In this document: positions 1 through 18,935 of the stretch, in pieces
How positions within the stretch are numbered: position 1 is the stretch's first letter
Layout of the letters: each line of letters starts with the position of its first letter
From: Eledone cirrhosa
Taxonomy: Eukaryota
Assembly (NCBI GenBank): GCA_964016885.1
Contig: OZ024742.1
Location: forward strand, 107,880,001-107,944,000
DNA length: 64,000 nucleotides
Reading direction: 5' to 3'
The notes under the pieces: generated by a model
Told to the model about the DNA's origin: nothing
Database searches by the model: none
What the model saw: only the letters and a program-made list of their open reading frames with translations
Position numbers and translations under genes: made by a program

Positions 1-161
1 GTTTTGACAGCTAGATCCGAACAGCTAGATCCAAAACTGTTTGGATCTAGCTGGTAAACGCATGATAAACGAACAGAGAAGATACAGATGTATGAATTGA
101 CAAGCGAAATCTACAATAGGGTACTTTAGAGGTAGTAGTTGAGGGATGAATTAACTTTTAT

Positions 162-266
162 GAAATACTTCGGAGGACTGATTATCAAGTGATAACGCAC
201 ATGGTTTTCCGTTCCTAGCTACCCATGTGCGTTATCACTTGATAATCAGTCCTCCGAAGTATTTCG
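162..266. repeat. 43-bp perfect inverted repeat with 19-nt spacer
   Basis: gaaatacttcggaggactgattatcaagtgataacgcacatgg (162-204) and its reverse complement (224-266). Confidence 0.85.
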
Positions 267-804
267 AGGTGAAACATGCTAATTTTCTGGATACCTGCCG
301 ATGACCACAGAAATTGGAATCTTTCACTTTTTTAAATTATCGTTGCGAAACTTATTTGGGTTTTGAAATTTAAATTTGTCTGCGGAACAGGTTTGGATTT
401 TGAAATTTAAATTTGTCCGGGTATCACGGTTATTACCAATATGGGTTTGTTTTTATTGATTTATTATTTTAAATCGAGACAGGCAAACTGTATTAATTTA
501 ATTAGTATTTTTCAATCTAGCTAACTTGGCCATTTACAATACAAACACTAATATGTCTATACTGGTGTTTATCATATATTAATTTATATTAACTTGTATT
601 TCACGGCTCAGAAATGCTTCTTTCTTTGAGCTAATTAATTGTAGAAGACTGTTTGAGTTTATAACTCTAAATATAATATAGTATATATATATATATAGTT
701 TCCATTTGTTTAATATCGTATATCTACTCCAAAACTTGTTGAGTGCTTTATATCAGTTATAAAATATTTACTCGTTGTAACCCAACAATTTTAAATAAAA
801 CTTT

Positions 805-867
<63 letters not shown>

Positions 868-885
868 GTGTATATATATATATAA

Positions 886-925
<40 letters not shown>

Positions 926-954
926 GTATATATATATATATATGTATATATATG

Positions 955-1290
955 TATTGTTATACTTTGGGAGGGTCATGTTGCCAATAAGAAACACACG
1001 CAACAGTTGCTTTAACTTTAATTTATTATAAATTTTATAAATTTTGTAAATATAAATTTCTGGTTGGTTGGTTCCACAACCGGATGGTTGTTCATATATT
1101 GTCAAAGTCCTTTCGTCACACATTCTGTGACCTCTTCAGTGACTAGGGATTATTTTCTTTGTTTTATGCCTCGCCTTTGTTCTGTCCTACGCCATCTTGT
1201 TTTTGTGTGTTGTGTGCTTAGTTTGCGCATGTGTTACATCCGGGTGTCTGTGTGTGTTTTTATTTGTTTATTTATTTGTTTATTTACATG
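955..1290. repeat. Diverged fragment related to the terminal repeat of the PLE at 41357-43352
   Basis: Shares attgttatactt(t)gggagggtcat, ctacgccat and tttgcgcatg blocks with 41416-41800 in the same order. Confidence 0.5.
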
Positions 1291-1431
1291 TTACTAGTTA
1301 GTTGTCTGTTCTATGTGTGCGTGTTTTCATTTTGACCTTAATTATAAGTTGTGATGTTGCTATTCCATTCATGTTTTCTATTTAATTTTGGTTGGAGTTC
1401 ATTTATGCCTCTGATTTGTCTAAGCATTGCG

Positions 1432-5422
<3,991 letters not shown>

Positions 5423-5503
5423 TATACCTCAATGTACCAAGGATTACACACATTTTCCAATATGCATATATATATACATATATACATATATATATATATA
5501 TAC

Positions 5504-5551
<48 letters not shown>

Positions 5552-5554
<3 letters not shown>

Positions 5555-5740
5555 CAAGTAAAACCCCGACGGCTGAGCTCAAGCCGTTTCGACGGCTAAT
5601 TCTGTACTCAATTAGCCGTCGAAACGGCTTGAGCTCAGCCGTCGGGGTCTTACTTGTTCTTATTACCCACTCTACTACCCTAAGTATTGAGTACTTTGGT
5701 GCGTTATGGTCCACCTGGTTCCTTACCACATTTCCTTCGT

Positions 5741-5741
<1 letters not shown>
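5552..5741 (+). repeat. Short repeat family A copy with 50-bp fold-back palindrome and HHR 3' half
   Basis: Arms 5552-5601 and 5610-5659. Contains GAAA-cggcttgagctcagccg-TC-ggggtc. The tail tacccactctactac...ggttccttaccaca.ttccttcgtta is shared with the copies at 6324, 7003, 27177 and 52697. Confidence 0.8.
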
Positions 5742-5798
<57 letters not shown>

Positions 5799-5819
5799 CA
5801 CATATATATATACACACAC

Positions 5820-5854
<35 letters not shown>

Positions 5855-6003
5855 TATATATATATATACATACACACACACACACATATATATATACACA
5901 CACACACACATACACACACATATATATACACACACACACACACATACACACACATATATATACACACACACACACACACATATATACACACACACACGCA
6001 CAC

Positions 6004-6106
<103 letters not shown>

Positions 6107-6125
6107 TATATACATATATATATAC

Positions 6126-6310
<185 letters not shown>

Positions 6311-6323
6311 TACATATATATAC

Positions 6324-6470
6324 CTGAACGTTCAGATCTAGCTGTCGAAACGGCCGGAGCTGAGCCTTCGGGGTCCTGAGTCTTTTCCTAATACCCACTC
6401 TACTACTCCAAGTATCGAGTACTCTGGTGCGTTATGAACCACCTGGTTCTTTACCACACTTCCTTTGTAT
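6324..6470 (+). repeat. Family A copy
   Basis: gtcgaaacggccggagctgagcc...tacccactctactac...ggttctttaccacacttcc, embedded in (TA)n. Confidence 0.75.
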
Positions 6471-6521
6471 ATACACACATATATATATATATATACATAC
6501 ACACACATATATATATATATA

Positions 6522-6694
6522 TATTGGTAAACGGAATAGAAAATGCTGACAAATTGTTCACAGTTGAAAAATGGTTTAATTAGGAATAAAAGAGTATTAG
6601 TGATTGTATGGGTTAGTATTCAGTTGTGGTTTTAAGTTTTTAAGTTTTTACCTTAAAACTGTGAACAATTTGTCAGCATTTTCTATTCCGTTTA

Positions 6695-6700
<6 letters not shown>
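6522..6700. repeat. 44-bp perfect inverted repeat (MITE-like or fold-back mini-element) inside (TA)n
   Basis: tattggtaaacggaatagaaaatgctgacaaattgttcacagtt (6522-6565) and its reverse complement (6657-6700). Confidence 0.85.
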
Positions 6701-6768
<68 letters not shown>

Positions 6769-6934
6769 CGAGTGCGTGGGTGTGTGGGTGTGTGTGTGTA
6801 TGTATGCAAATGCCAAACAGAAATAACAAAGCAAACAACACAGTACAATGAAGAAATATGTTATTAGTTTTACGCTTGATATAGTAGGAAAAGAGTCTTA
6901 ACATTTCGGACGCTAATCATTCACCAGAAGAAAG

Positions 6935-7002
<68 letters not shown>

Positions 7003-7160
7003 GTAAATGTATGACCCGGACGCACAGCTGACGCCGTTTCGACGGGTTGAGCTCTGCCGTCGGGGTCATACATTTCCCTATTACCCACTCTACTACCCTA
7101 AATATTGAGTACTCTGGTGCATAATGGTCCATGTGGTTCCTTACCACAACTCCTTCGTTA
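7003..7160 (+). repeat. Family A copy with short fold-back
   Basis: aaatgtatgaccc...gccgtttcgacgg...gccgtcggggtcatacattt followed by the family A tail. Confidence 0.7.
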
Positions 7161-7178
7161 TATACATATATATACACT

Positions 7179-7255
<77 letters not shown>

Positions 7256-7257
<2 letters not shown>

Positions 7258-9005
7258 GGTGGCTGCCAACTCGTTTACGAGTACGGCCACTACTTTATAT
7301 CCATGTAGGGGAACCCCTACTGATGCGCTGAACGAGTGTGACTTTTTAGTCCAGCCAGCGACTTGAAAACTCTAGTACAAACACTACACCTGTGACAATT
7401 ATTGACACATAGTGCTGGGCCCATGGTACCATGTGATGACAAGTGCAGAGAGATCTCCAGATATAAAGCAATGCCTGTGCCGTGAAGCTTTTATAGTGAG
7501 CAAAGGCACTGCGCAAAGCCAGTCCCACTCTCTTAACCAAGATGATATTTACTAAAAAGAACACGTCAACATCATTGGATACCATCAGGGTTGCAGGTGC
7601 TATATCAGAGTTTTCCTTCTCCTAGAATTCTGCCTTGACAAAGGCTAAGGGGTCATCTCTCCCGGAATACATACATACATACATACATACAAACATACAT
7701 ACATACATACATACATGCATACATACATACATACATACATACAAGCATGCATGCATACATACATACATACATACATACATGCATGCATGTATGCATGGTG
7801 GCTGCCAACTCGTTTTCGAGTACGGCCACTACTTTATATCCATGTAGGAGAACCCCTACCGATGCGCTGAACGAGTGTGACTTTTTAGTCCAGCCAGCGA
7901 CTTGAAAACTCTGGTACAAACACTACACTTGTGACAATTACTGACACATAGTGCTGGGCCCATGGTACCATGTGACGACAAGTGCAGAGAGATCTCCAGA
8001 TATAAAGCAATGCCTGTGCCGTGAAGCTTTTATAGTGAGCAAAGGCACTGCACAAAGCCAGTCCCACTCTCTTAACCAAGATGATATTTACCAAAAAGAA
8101 GAACAAGTCAACATCATTGGATACCATCAGGGTTGCAGGTGTTATATCAGAGTTTTCCTTCTCCTAGAATTCTGCCTTGACAAAGGCTAAGGGGTCATCT
8201 CTCCCGGTGATTTTGGATGGCCATTGACTCTTAAGAGCTCCTTTGCCCTTTGACAGGTTTTGTTTTTAGTCCTGCAGGATGTCCAAAGTCACCCTCCTCA
8301 CCAAGAAACCTTGGTGGGGTTGCCAGTTTAGTCGCCAACGACCCGACCATGGGACAGGTTGTACTGGGATACATGTTACCAGTAGCACCAACTGGTGACC
8401 TGACATACATACATACATGCATACAAACATGCATGCATACATACATACATACATGCATACATGGTGGCTGCCAATTCGTTTTCGAGTACGGCCACTACTT
8501 TATATCCACGTAAGAGAACCCCTACCGATACGCTGAACGAGTGTGACGTTTTAGTCCAGCCAGCGACTTGAAAACTCTGGTACAAACACTACACTTGTGA
8601 CAATTATTGACACATAGTGCTGGGCTCATGTTACCATATGACAAGTGTAGAGAGATCTCCAGATATAAAGCAATGCCTGTGCCGTGAAGCTTTTATAGTG
8701 AGCAAAGGCACTGCACAAAGCCATTCTCACTCTCTTAACCAAGATGATATTTACCAAAAAGAAGAACAAGTCAACATCATTGGATACCATCAGGGTTGCA
8801 GGTGTTATATCAGAGTTTTCCTCCTCCTAGAATTCTGCCTTGACAAAAGCTAAGGGGTCATCTCTCCTGGTGATTTTGGATGGCCATTGACTCTTAAGAG
8901 CTTCTTTGGCCTTTGACAGGTTTTTTTTTGTCCTGCAGGATGTCCAAAGTCACCCTCCTCACCAAGGAACCTGACCATGAGACAGGTTATACTGGGATAC
9001 ATGTT
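7256..9005 (-). mobile_element. Three stacked copies (7256-7665, 7795-8404, 8461-9005) of a ~600-bp non-autonomous RTE-derived element with (TATG)n tail
   Basis: The 5' part has RTE 5'-UTR-like motifs (ggcgactaaactggcaacccca, taggagaaggaaaactctgat). The 3' part encodes a C2H2 remnant, [23 protein letters not shown]. Copies have variable 5' truncation and a fixed 3' end cagccaccat followed by microsatellite. Confidence 0.75.
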
Positions 9006-9050
9006 ATATATATATATATGTTATATATATATATACATACACACACACAC

Positions 9051-9134
<84 letters not shown>

Positions 9135-10729
9135 TAAAATACAAATATTAATAACATAGATGTTCTTTTGATCAATTATATTTTATTATACATATGTTAG
9201 TGGTACAACAGTACGTTCTCATCAGACAAAATATAATGATACATGACATACCCTGAGATGTTAAATGGTTAAGATTTAATCAAGGTAGTGATTAACCTAT
9301 GAGAAAACTCTACATTTATACTCTAATAATGAGAAAATGCGAAAACGTAATAAATTCAATAGAGAATGTATGAGTAAGAAAAACGTTGCTTAATGTAACA
9401 GTTATAGAGATTTTAAAATGTGGGATACTACAAATTATGGTTATCGAGGAAGACATCTCTGGAATTATAATATTATTACAGTTTATGAAGGCAACTGATA
9501 GATGCTTAAAGAGAGGGAGAGATAAAGGGGAGTAATTCATGCAGAAATTTTTTTTCCCCCTAAGGATTAAACGATTAAGTTTCAAAATATTTAATTTATG
9601 TTATTTAAGGGTGACGAATCAAAATTTTGAGTTTTTAAAAGTTGATGGTTATTTATATTTATTAATTTTATAAATTTAATAAATTTCTTAAAAAGTGTTA
9701 CATTTCTAAAATTCTGAATTTAATGAAAACAAAGTTAAAGGATTCACTTGGCTCGAGAAAGGAAAATTTACATTGTTGAATATTCACTTAAAATGTAATC
9801 TTTAACAAAAAATACCTGTAAGAGTGTCAACATTTTCGGTATGTAAAGCTTATGAAGTACTTATTGTTAGAAATATTGAAAAATTTATTGTCAAGTAGAT
9901 ACAGTGTTTAAAGTGTAATGATTAACGCATGGTTTTCAGCCATATATATATATATACATATATATGTGTGCAATTATCGTAATAAATTAATATTTATTAT
10001 ATTATATTAAATCACTATATTAGTTCTACCTTCATGGGAGGAAAGAACTCTAAATAATAAATGTGTTATTGTACAATATACACGTATCTATATTTGCACA
10101 AACTATATATAGCGTTAAACCGAAACGGTAATTATGATTAAGTTATTGTACACCATAGATATAGATGCAAGAAACCAAAAGCTGAGATATACGTGACTAA
10201 TAATATGATTATGTTATACAATATACACATAATTGCAAAAAAAAAAAAAAAATTTGGTATAGAGAGATATACTAAATATTAATGAGACAGCATACTTTTG
10301 GTGAATGATAACGATTATAATCTTATATAATATATTCAAACATGCGAACGTTAAATACATACATATATATAAAAGAATGTAAACGCATGAATGATTTACA
10401 ATTCAAAATAAGGTCCGTAAAAATTTACAGGTTGGATGTTTGAACTATATTTAAAACATAGATAGAAAAATAAAGGTAGAGAAATAACGGTATGTATCAA
10501 AGTTAATAATATTATGTTATGTGTATCAAGGTGTCAGCGTGTTATTAAACAAGTGTCATTCAATCAAACGTTATTTCTTCTATAGATAGTTATAAGATAA
10601 AGCAATATTACAGGCCATCAAGATTTTCAACTGTTGATTATGTAGGTCTAACTCTTTAATATATATATATATATACACACACACATATATATTTATACCA
10701 TTAACAGTAGCACTTAAATAGCTTGGTTC

Positions 10730-10793
<64 letters not shown>

Positions 10794-10797
10794 TAAG

Positions 10798-10839
10798 CGT
10801 CACAGGTAACGGATAAAATCCAGAAACGCATGTCTGGCG
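10798..10839 (+). ncRNA. Degenerate type-I hammerhead fold (duplicate at 14782-14823)
   Basis: Stem I cgtca/tggcg, core CAGGTAA (3 changes from CTGATGA), stem II ggat-aaa-atcc, then GAAA-cgcatg-TC. Confidence 0.45.
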
Positions 10840-11164
10840 TTTTCAAACGGTTACTGAGAGGAGTGGTGACACGATTACACCTTTAAACAGTCATAGCGTG
10901 CGTCATATATGTTTATTATATATACACGCATTGTATATTCCTTCAAACGGCTTCTCATATAAACCACGCTGTGTTAGTACTACTGCTTATTAATCTTAGC
11001 CGGTCAAGCTCACGCTACATGCTAATGAGCATCCCCAGCTTATTCTTGACACAGTACCGCGTAGGTAAACATCAACGATGAAGAATAAAAATTCAGAAAC
11101 AACTGTCTCACCTTCTCACATGACTACTGATATAAACAGAGACAGACACACAGACAGGCAGTCT

Positions 11165-11241
<77 letters not shown>

Positions 11242-11243
<2 letters not shown>

Positions 11244-12991
11244 GGTGGCTGCCAACTCGTTTACGAGTACGGCCACTACTTTATATCCATGTAGGGGAAC
11301 CCCTACTGATGCGCTGAACGAGTGTGACTTTTTAGTCCAGCCAGCGACTTGAAAACTCTAGTACAAACACTACACCTGTGACAATTATTGACACATAGTG
11401 CTGGGCCCATGGTACCATGTGATGACAAGTGCAGAGAGATCTCCAGATATAAAGCAATGCCTGTGCCGTGAAGCTTTTATAGTGAGCAAAGGCACTGCGC
11501 AAAGCCAGTCCCACTCTCTTAACCAAGATGATATTTACTAAAAAGAACACGTCAACATCATTGGATACCATCAGGGTTGCAGGTGCTATATCAGAGTTTT
11601 CCTTCTCCTAGAATTCTGCCTTGACAAAGGCTAAGGGGTCATCTCTCCCGGAATACATACATACATACATACATACAAACATACATACATACATACATAC
11701 ATGCATACATACATACATACATACATACAAGCATGCATGCATACATACATACATACATACATACATGCATGCATGTATGCATGGTGGCTGCCAACTCGTT
11801 TTCGAGTACGGCCACTACTTTATATCCATGTAGGAGAACCCCTACCGATGCGCTGAACGAGTGTGACTTTTTAGTCCAGCCAGCGACTTGAAAACTCTGG
11901 TACAAACACTACACTTGTGACAATTACTGACACATAGTGCTGGGCCCATGGTACCATGTGACGACAAGTGCAGAGAGATCTCCAGATATAAAGCAATGCC
12001 TGTGCCGTGAAGCTTTTATAGTGAGCAAAGGCACTGCACAAAGCCAGTCCCACTCTCTTAACCAAGATGATATTTACCAAAAAGAAGAACAAGTCAACAT
12101 CATTGGATACCATCAGGGTTGCAGGTGTTATATCAGAGTTTTCCTTCTCCTAGAATTCTGCCTTGACAAAGGCTAAGGGGTCATCTCTCCCGGTGATTTT
12201 GGATGGCCATTGACTCTTAAGAGCTCCTTTGCCCTTTGACAGGTTTTGTTTTTAGTCCTGCAGGATGTCCAAAGTCACCCTCCTCACCAAGAAACCTTGG
12301 TGGGGTTGCCAGTTTAGTCGCCAACGACCCGACCATGGGACAGGTTGTACTGGGATACATGTTACCAGTAGCACCAACTGGTGACCTGACATACATACAT
12401 ACATGCATACAAACATGCATGCATACATACATACATACATGCATACATGGTGGCTGCCAATTCGTTTTCGAGTACGGCCACTACTTTATATCCACGTAAG
12501 AGAACCCCTACCGATACGCTGAACGAGTGTGACGTTTTAGTCCAGCCAGCGACTTGAAAACTCTGGTACAAACACTACACTTGTGACAATTATTGACACA
12601 TAGTGCTGGGCTCATGTTACCATATGACAAGTGTAGAGAGATCTCCAGATATAAAGCAATGCCTGTGCCGTGAAGCTTTTATAGTGAGCAAAGGCACTGC
12701 ACAAAGCCATTCTCACTCTCTTAACCAAGATGATATTTACCAAAAAGAAGAACAAGTCAACATCATTGGATACCATCAGGGTTGCAGGTGTTATATCAGA
12801 GTTTTCCTCCTCCTAGAATTCTGCCTTGACAAAAGCTAAGGGGTCATCTCTCCTGGTGATTTTGGATGGCCATTGACTCTTAAGAGCTTCTTTGGCCTTT
12901 GACAGGTTTTTTTTTGTCCTGCAGGATGTCCAAAGTCACCCTCCTCACCAAGGAACCTGACCATGAGACAGGTTATACTGGGATACATGTT
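11242..12991 (-). mobile_element. Duplicated copy of the three stacked RTE-derived elements
   Basis: Same sequence as 7256-9005, inside the 3.99-kb duplication. Confidence 0.75.
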
Positions 12992-13036
12992 ATATATATA
13001 TATATGTTATATATATATATACATACACACACACAC

Positions 13037-13122
<86 letters not shown>

Positions 13123-14717
13123 TAAAATACAAATATTAATAACATAGATGTTCTTTTGATCAATTATATTTTATTATACATATGTTAGTGGTACAACAGT
13201 ACGTTCTCATCAGACAAAATATAATGATACATGACATACCCTGAGATGTTAAATGGTTAAGATTTAATCAAGGTAGTGATTAACCTATGAGAAAACTCTA
13301 CATTTATACTCTAATAATGAGAAAATGCGAAAACGTAATAAATTCAATAGAGAATGTATGAGTAAGAAAAACGTTGCTTAATGTAACAGTTATAGAGATT
13401 TTAAAATGTGGGATACTACAAATTATGGTTATCGAGGAAGACATCTCTGGAATTATAATATTATTACAGTTTATGAAGGCAACTGATAGATGCTTAAAGA
13501 GAGGGAGAGATAAAGGGGAGTAATTCATGCAGAAATTTTTTTTCCCCCTAAGGATTAAACGATTAAGTTTCAAAATATTTAATTTATGTTATTTAAGGGT
13601 GACGAATCAAAATTTTGAGTTTTTAAAAGTTGATGGTTATTTATATTTATTAATTTTATAAATTTAATAAATTTCTTAAAAAGTGTTACATTTCTAAAAT
13701 TCTGAATTTAATGAAAACAAAGTTAAAGGATTCACTTGGCTCGAGAAAGGAAAATTTACATTGTTGAATATTCACTTAAAATGTAATCTTTAACAAAAAA
13801 TACCTGTAAGAGTGTCAACATTTTCGGTATGTAAAGCTTATGAAGTACTTATTGTTAGAAATATTGAAAAATTTATTGTCAAGTAGATACAGTGTTTAAA
13901 GTGTAATGATTAACGCATGGTTTTCAGCCATATATATATATATACATATATATGTGTGCAATTATCGTAATAAATTAATATTTATTATATTATATTAAAT
14001 CACTATATTAGTTCTACCTTCATGGGAGGAAAGAACTCTAAATAATAAATGTGTTATTGTACAATATACACGTATCTATATTTGCACAAACTATATATAG
14101 CGTTAAACCGAAACGGTAATTATGATTAAGTTATTGTACACCATAGATATAGATGCAAGAAACCAAAAGCTGAGATATACGTGACTAATAATATGATTAT
14201 GTTATACAATATACACATAATTGCAAAAAAAAAAAAAAAATTTGGTATAGAGAGATATACTAAATATTAATGAGACAGCATACTTTTGGTGAATGATAAC
14301 GATTATAATCTTATATAATATATTCAAACATGCGAACGTTAAATACATACATATATATAAAAGAATGTAAACGCATGAATGATTTACAATTCAAAATAAG
14401 GTCCGTAAAAATTTACAGGTTGGATGTTTGAACTATATTTAAAACATAGATAGAAAAATAAAGGTAGAGAAATAACGGTATGTATCAAAGTTAATAATAT
14501 TATGTTATGTGTATCAAGGTGTCAGCGTGTTATTAAACAAGTGTCATTCAATCAAACGTTATTTCTTCTATAGATAGTTATAAGATAAAGCAATATTACA
14601 GGCCATCAAGATTTTCAACTGTTGATTATGTAGGTCTAACTCTTTAATATATATATATATATACACACACACATATATATTTATACCATTAACAGTAGCA
14701 CTTAAATAGCTTGGTTC

Positions 14718-14777
<60 letters not shown>

Positions 14778-15148
14778 TAAGCGTCACAGGTAACGGATAA
14801 AATCCAGAAACGCATGTCTGGCGTTTTCAAACGGTTACTGAGAGGAGTGGTGACACGATTACACCTTTAAACAGTCATAGCGTGCGTCATATATGTTTAT
14901 TATATATACACGCATTGTATATTCCTTCAAACGGCTTCTCATATAAACCACGCTGTGTTAGTACTACTGCTTATTAATCTTAGCCGGTCAAGCTCACGCT
15001 ACATGCTAATGAGCATCCCCAGCTTATTCTTGACACAGTACCGCGTAGGTAAACATCAACGATGAAGAATAAAAATTCAGAAACAACTGTCTCACCTTCT
15101 CACATGACTACTGATATAAACAGAGACAGACACACAGACAGGCAGTCT

Positions 15149-15249
<101 letters not shown>

Positions 15250-17289
15250 CCAAATAACCCGATATATTTACAACTCTGTCTTTATCTTCTCCCCAAATAT
15301 TCTGAAAGTAATAAATTTTAATTCCCGTCCTAATTTCATAAGCTTCAAGGACAACACAATTCATTGTAACAACTCTAACCTGCAATAAATACGGATTTGG
15401 AGATGTAAAATCTCGACTGGCTTTCTCCAATGTCGCAACAGTTACTGTTATTCCATTAATATTCGTATCTTAACAGCATGTCTTGGCCAGAAATACACAC
15501 GTGGAATTCTATGATGTTATATTATCAGTATTACTGACTGTCTTTCAGTCAATCAACATTTGTATACTGAGCTTTTAAGCTAAGACAAACACTTTATCAC
15601 TCAAGCAATCATAGAATAGTTGTCAGAACGAAATTTAATTTCCGAATCGTTTCCTTTTAGATGTATGTTATCGAAAGTAGATGTTTAGCAATGATAAAAC
15701 ACTGGACTTATCTCTCTATTGCAACAAAGCCCCAAGGTAAACATTGGATCTCATCAATACTGAAAGTATGCCAGATATTTCAACTGTGCTCCTCAATATC
15801 TCGTCCACATTTATCGAAAATAGATGTTTAGCTAAGATAGAACATTAAACTTATTGCCTCTCTGTTGTAACAACACCTCAAAATAAACGTTGGTTTTCAT
15901 GGACATTGAAAGGTTGCCGGATAATTTGACTGTGTTTCTTAGTGTCTCAGCTGCATTTGATTTAAAATTCACAGCCATAACAATTGCAAGATTAAACTAT
16001 TTAATGATGAATATGACATCCGCCGGGGTATTACAGACAAGATTCGGCCTTTAACACTCGATGGAGCTGTAAGAGAAGCGTCCTGACACATGGCGTGGGT
16101 CGAGAATTTAAAACCTGGCGGATATCATCCGTCTGCAGGTTTGAACACAGCCAATTTCTCTCATAGAAGAAAGAGAAAAAGCGGGAATGGATCATTGGGC
16201 AAGTGCTTAGCAAAGAACTGAATGAAATATAATCGGATTTACAAACGTATCTGGTTTAAATGCCGAAACGTTTAATTATTTTGAAGTGGCTGCATTATTT
16301 TAGTATCTTCGTGTACACATGTCTCTAACAAATACACTGATTTTCCACGTACCGTTTTACATTTATAAAAAAACAAGTGAAACTCATGTTTGTGTTCTTA
16401 TTTTCAGAATAACCCCCTACAAAATATAACAATATCTGTTTCAACAGACGATCTCACATAAACAAATAAACTAATAATTTAACTTTCTCTTATCCCCATT
16501 TGATAACAACTTATTACTCAGACATTCACAATCCCATCATTCAAATGTATTAATTATTAATTTTTATTTAGTCTAGCAAAACAAGCTTTAAAAGAATTCA
16601 AAATTATCATGACTATGTATCGCTCTCTAGACAATGGAAGTAGCTAGAGTTACTTCCCGTTGACTTTCTAGAACATTCCTTAAAACTTCCGTTCCAGGGA
16701 TTATAAAAGAGGGAGCAAAAAGCGTTCTTCCTCTTTTGCCGGTCAACCCTAAAACTGACAACATCGAGCGCAAGCATGTTAAACTTTTTCCAACCACATC
16801 TTATAATTCAGGATTATACCTTGTCATGCCACGAGGTACATTTGGTTACCACATTTGTAATACACGGACTACAATAATTGCAAGTTATTTTGATACTTAT
16901 TTTGAGAAACTCGTCATGCCTCAGTTATTACTTCAAATGTAGAGAGAGATAATTCTCACAAAAAAGAAATTGTATGAAAATTCTTCTATTAAATTTAGTA
17001 GTTGGGATTCGGTGGTACTTACTGGAGTGAGTAACCCTGGGACCAACTCACTAAAACTACATTACATTATAAATTATATTTTCTCGAATACTGCAATTAT
17101 TCACAATGATCACTAATAAAGTTACTTTAAACATTTGAATTAAGAAACTTGTTTGAAGATATTTTTGCTAAATCCTTACATGATGGGAAGAGTTAATCTA
17201 CTGTATCTGTAATATTCCTCCATAAACCTTTTCTTTCATTTCTGTCTATGTGTTGTGGAAAGTTTGTTTGATTGTCTCTTAAATATTTC

Positions 17290-17645
17290 TTCTGGACACG
17301 ACATGAATGGGTGTTAAGGAGTTTGCTTCACTGTCAATGGCTCCTGGGTTCGATCCCACGGCGTGACAATTTAGGCAAGTGTTATATACTATATCCTCAC
17401 GTTGACTCATGCCTTGTGAATGAAACTGTGTGGATGAAATCATTTGAAAGCCCACCAGGTGGACTCTACTTTTAATTCAAAGGACTAGTCTTGTCATACA
17501 CTCTGTCATGCCGAATCTCCCTGAGCTTTATATTATGGTTATACATATCTGTGAAATGCTGAGACACATACACATCCATTTCACGAGCATGCTGTCCGTT
17601 GATCGAACAAATGTAACATGCACCGTCAAGACCAACGGAGGTCCA
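17290..17645 (+). mobile_element. Decayed tRNA-derived SINE
   Basis: B-box-like ggttcgatccc. The body (ttgtcatacactctgtcatgccgaatctccctgag...gttgatcg) resembles 33985-34260 and 54380-54570. Confidence 0.55.
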
Positions 17646-18560
17646 ATCCAAGTATTTCTATGTCTGCCTTTGAAGTAAATCACCAATCAAGCGTGCTATT
17701 ACCATGGCACTCAATTGATCTTAATTTCATCAAGGTTATCTTGCCGCCGTTTCATTAATCAGCTCAGAACCTCAATTATTTTCTCTGGGGAAATACGGTG
17801 AAGGCCACCGACTGTGATTTTCTTTCTAATTACCAACATCGTAATGTTTCTATGGATATTTGCTTATTTACATATATGCACATATATGTAAATACATATA
17901 GATATGTGTTTATATTCATACATACATTCATACATACATACATACATGCATACATACATATATACATTCATACACACACACACACACACATACATACATG
18001 TATACATTTATACATACATATATGATGATGATTATGCATACATTTATACATACATATATGATGACTCGATTTCGAGTAATGCCAGCGCTTGATACTTAAT
18101 CATGAGCACCACGGACGTGGCTTTTTAGTCCTGCTAGGGACTTGCCTATGGCCAGCAATATATCAAGCGATGGCAGTGCTTGATAGGCTCTTCTAAGTTT
18201 CTTGCTTTTCACCCCACCACAGGTACGTTGCTCTTCTCAGGACTTATTCCTATACCAAGAAAGACTGTTCTATTTTACCGTATTTTTCGTCGTGTTTTGT
18301 CATATTGCAATCTCATGTGCGCTAGAGAGAGTGACACTAATTTCAAAGCACCGAAATCATAGTGATCCGCAGTAGTTAAATGAGGAGTAAGGGATTTTGA
18401 ATTTTATTTATTATTACTTTATCCAACACAGGTCTATTATATTTCTATCTAAAAATTAAAACATTGAAGCACACTACCGCAGTATTTGGCTTACGAGTGA
18501 GGGATATATTCATGTATTTTTCTTCTTTGGTCATGTCACGTGCTATACATGCTTATATAT

Positions 18561-18646
<86 letters not shown>

Positions 18647-18649
18647 TTA

Positions 18650-18770
18650 TGGTTTGAGTTCAAATCCCGCCGAGGTTAACTTTGCCTTTCATCCTTACAG
18701 GGTCGATAAAATAAAGTACCAGTAATAAACTGGCATAATTGCTGGCCTTGTGCCAAAAGTAGAAACAATT
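18650..18770 (+). mobile_element. Nin/Deu-domain SINE fragment
   Basis: gagttcaaatcccgccgaggttaactttgcctttcatccttacagggtcgataaaataaagtaccag is a B-box plus Nin core. Confidence 0.75.
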
Positions 18771-18894
18771 ATAAGAAAGTGATTGAAGTATATTGAAATA
18801 TATATCTTGAGCTGTTTTTAGAGACAAGACATATGTTTGATTTTGTATCATTCATGACACCCTTTACTTTGAAAGTAATAATAATAATAATAAT

Positions 18895-18935
<41 letters not shown>

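Noticed and set aside
6895-6935. Minus-strand CTGGTGA...GAAA hammerhead-like motif, with similar weak ones at ~9185-9228 and ~41360-41425
   Set aside because: Core mutated and/or stem II or GAAA not supported.
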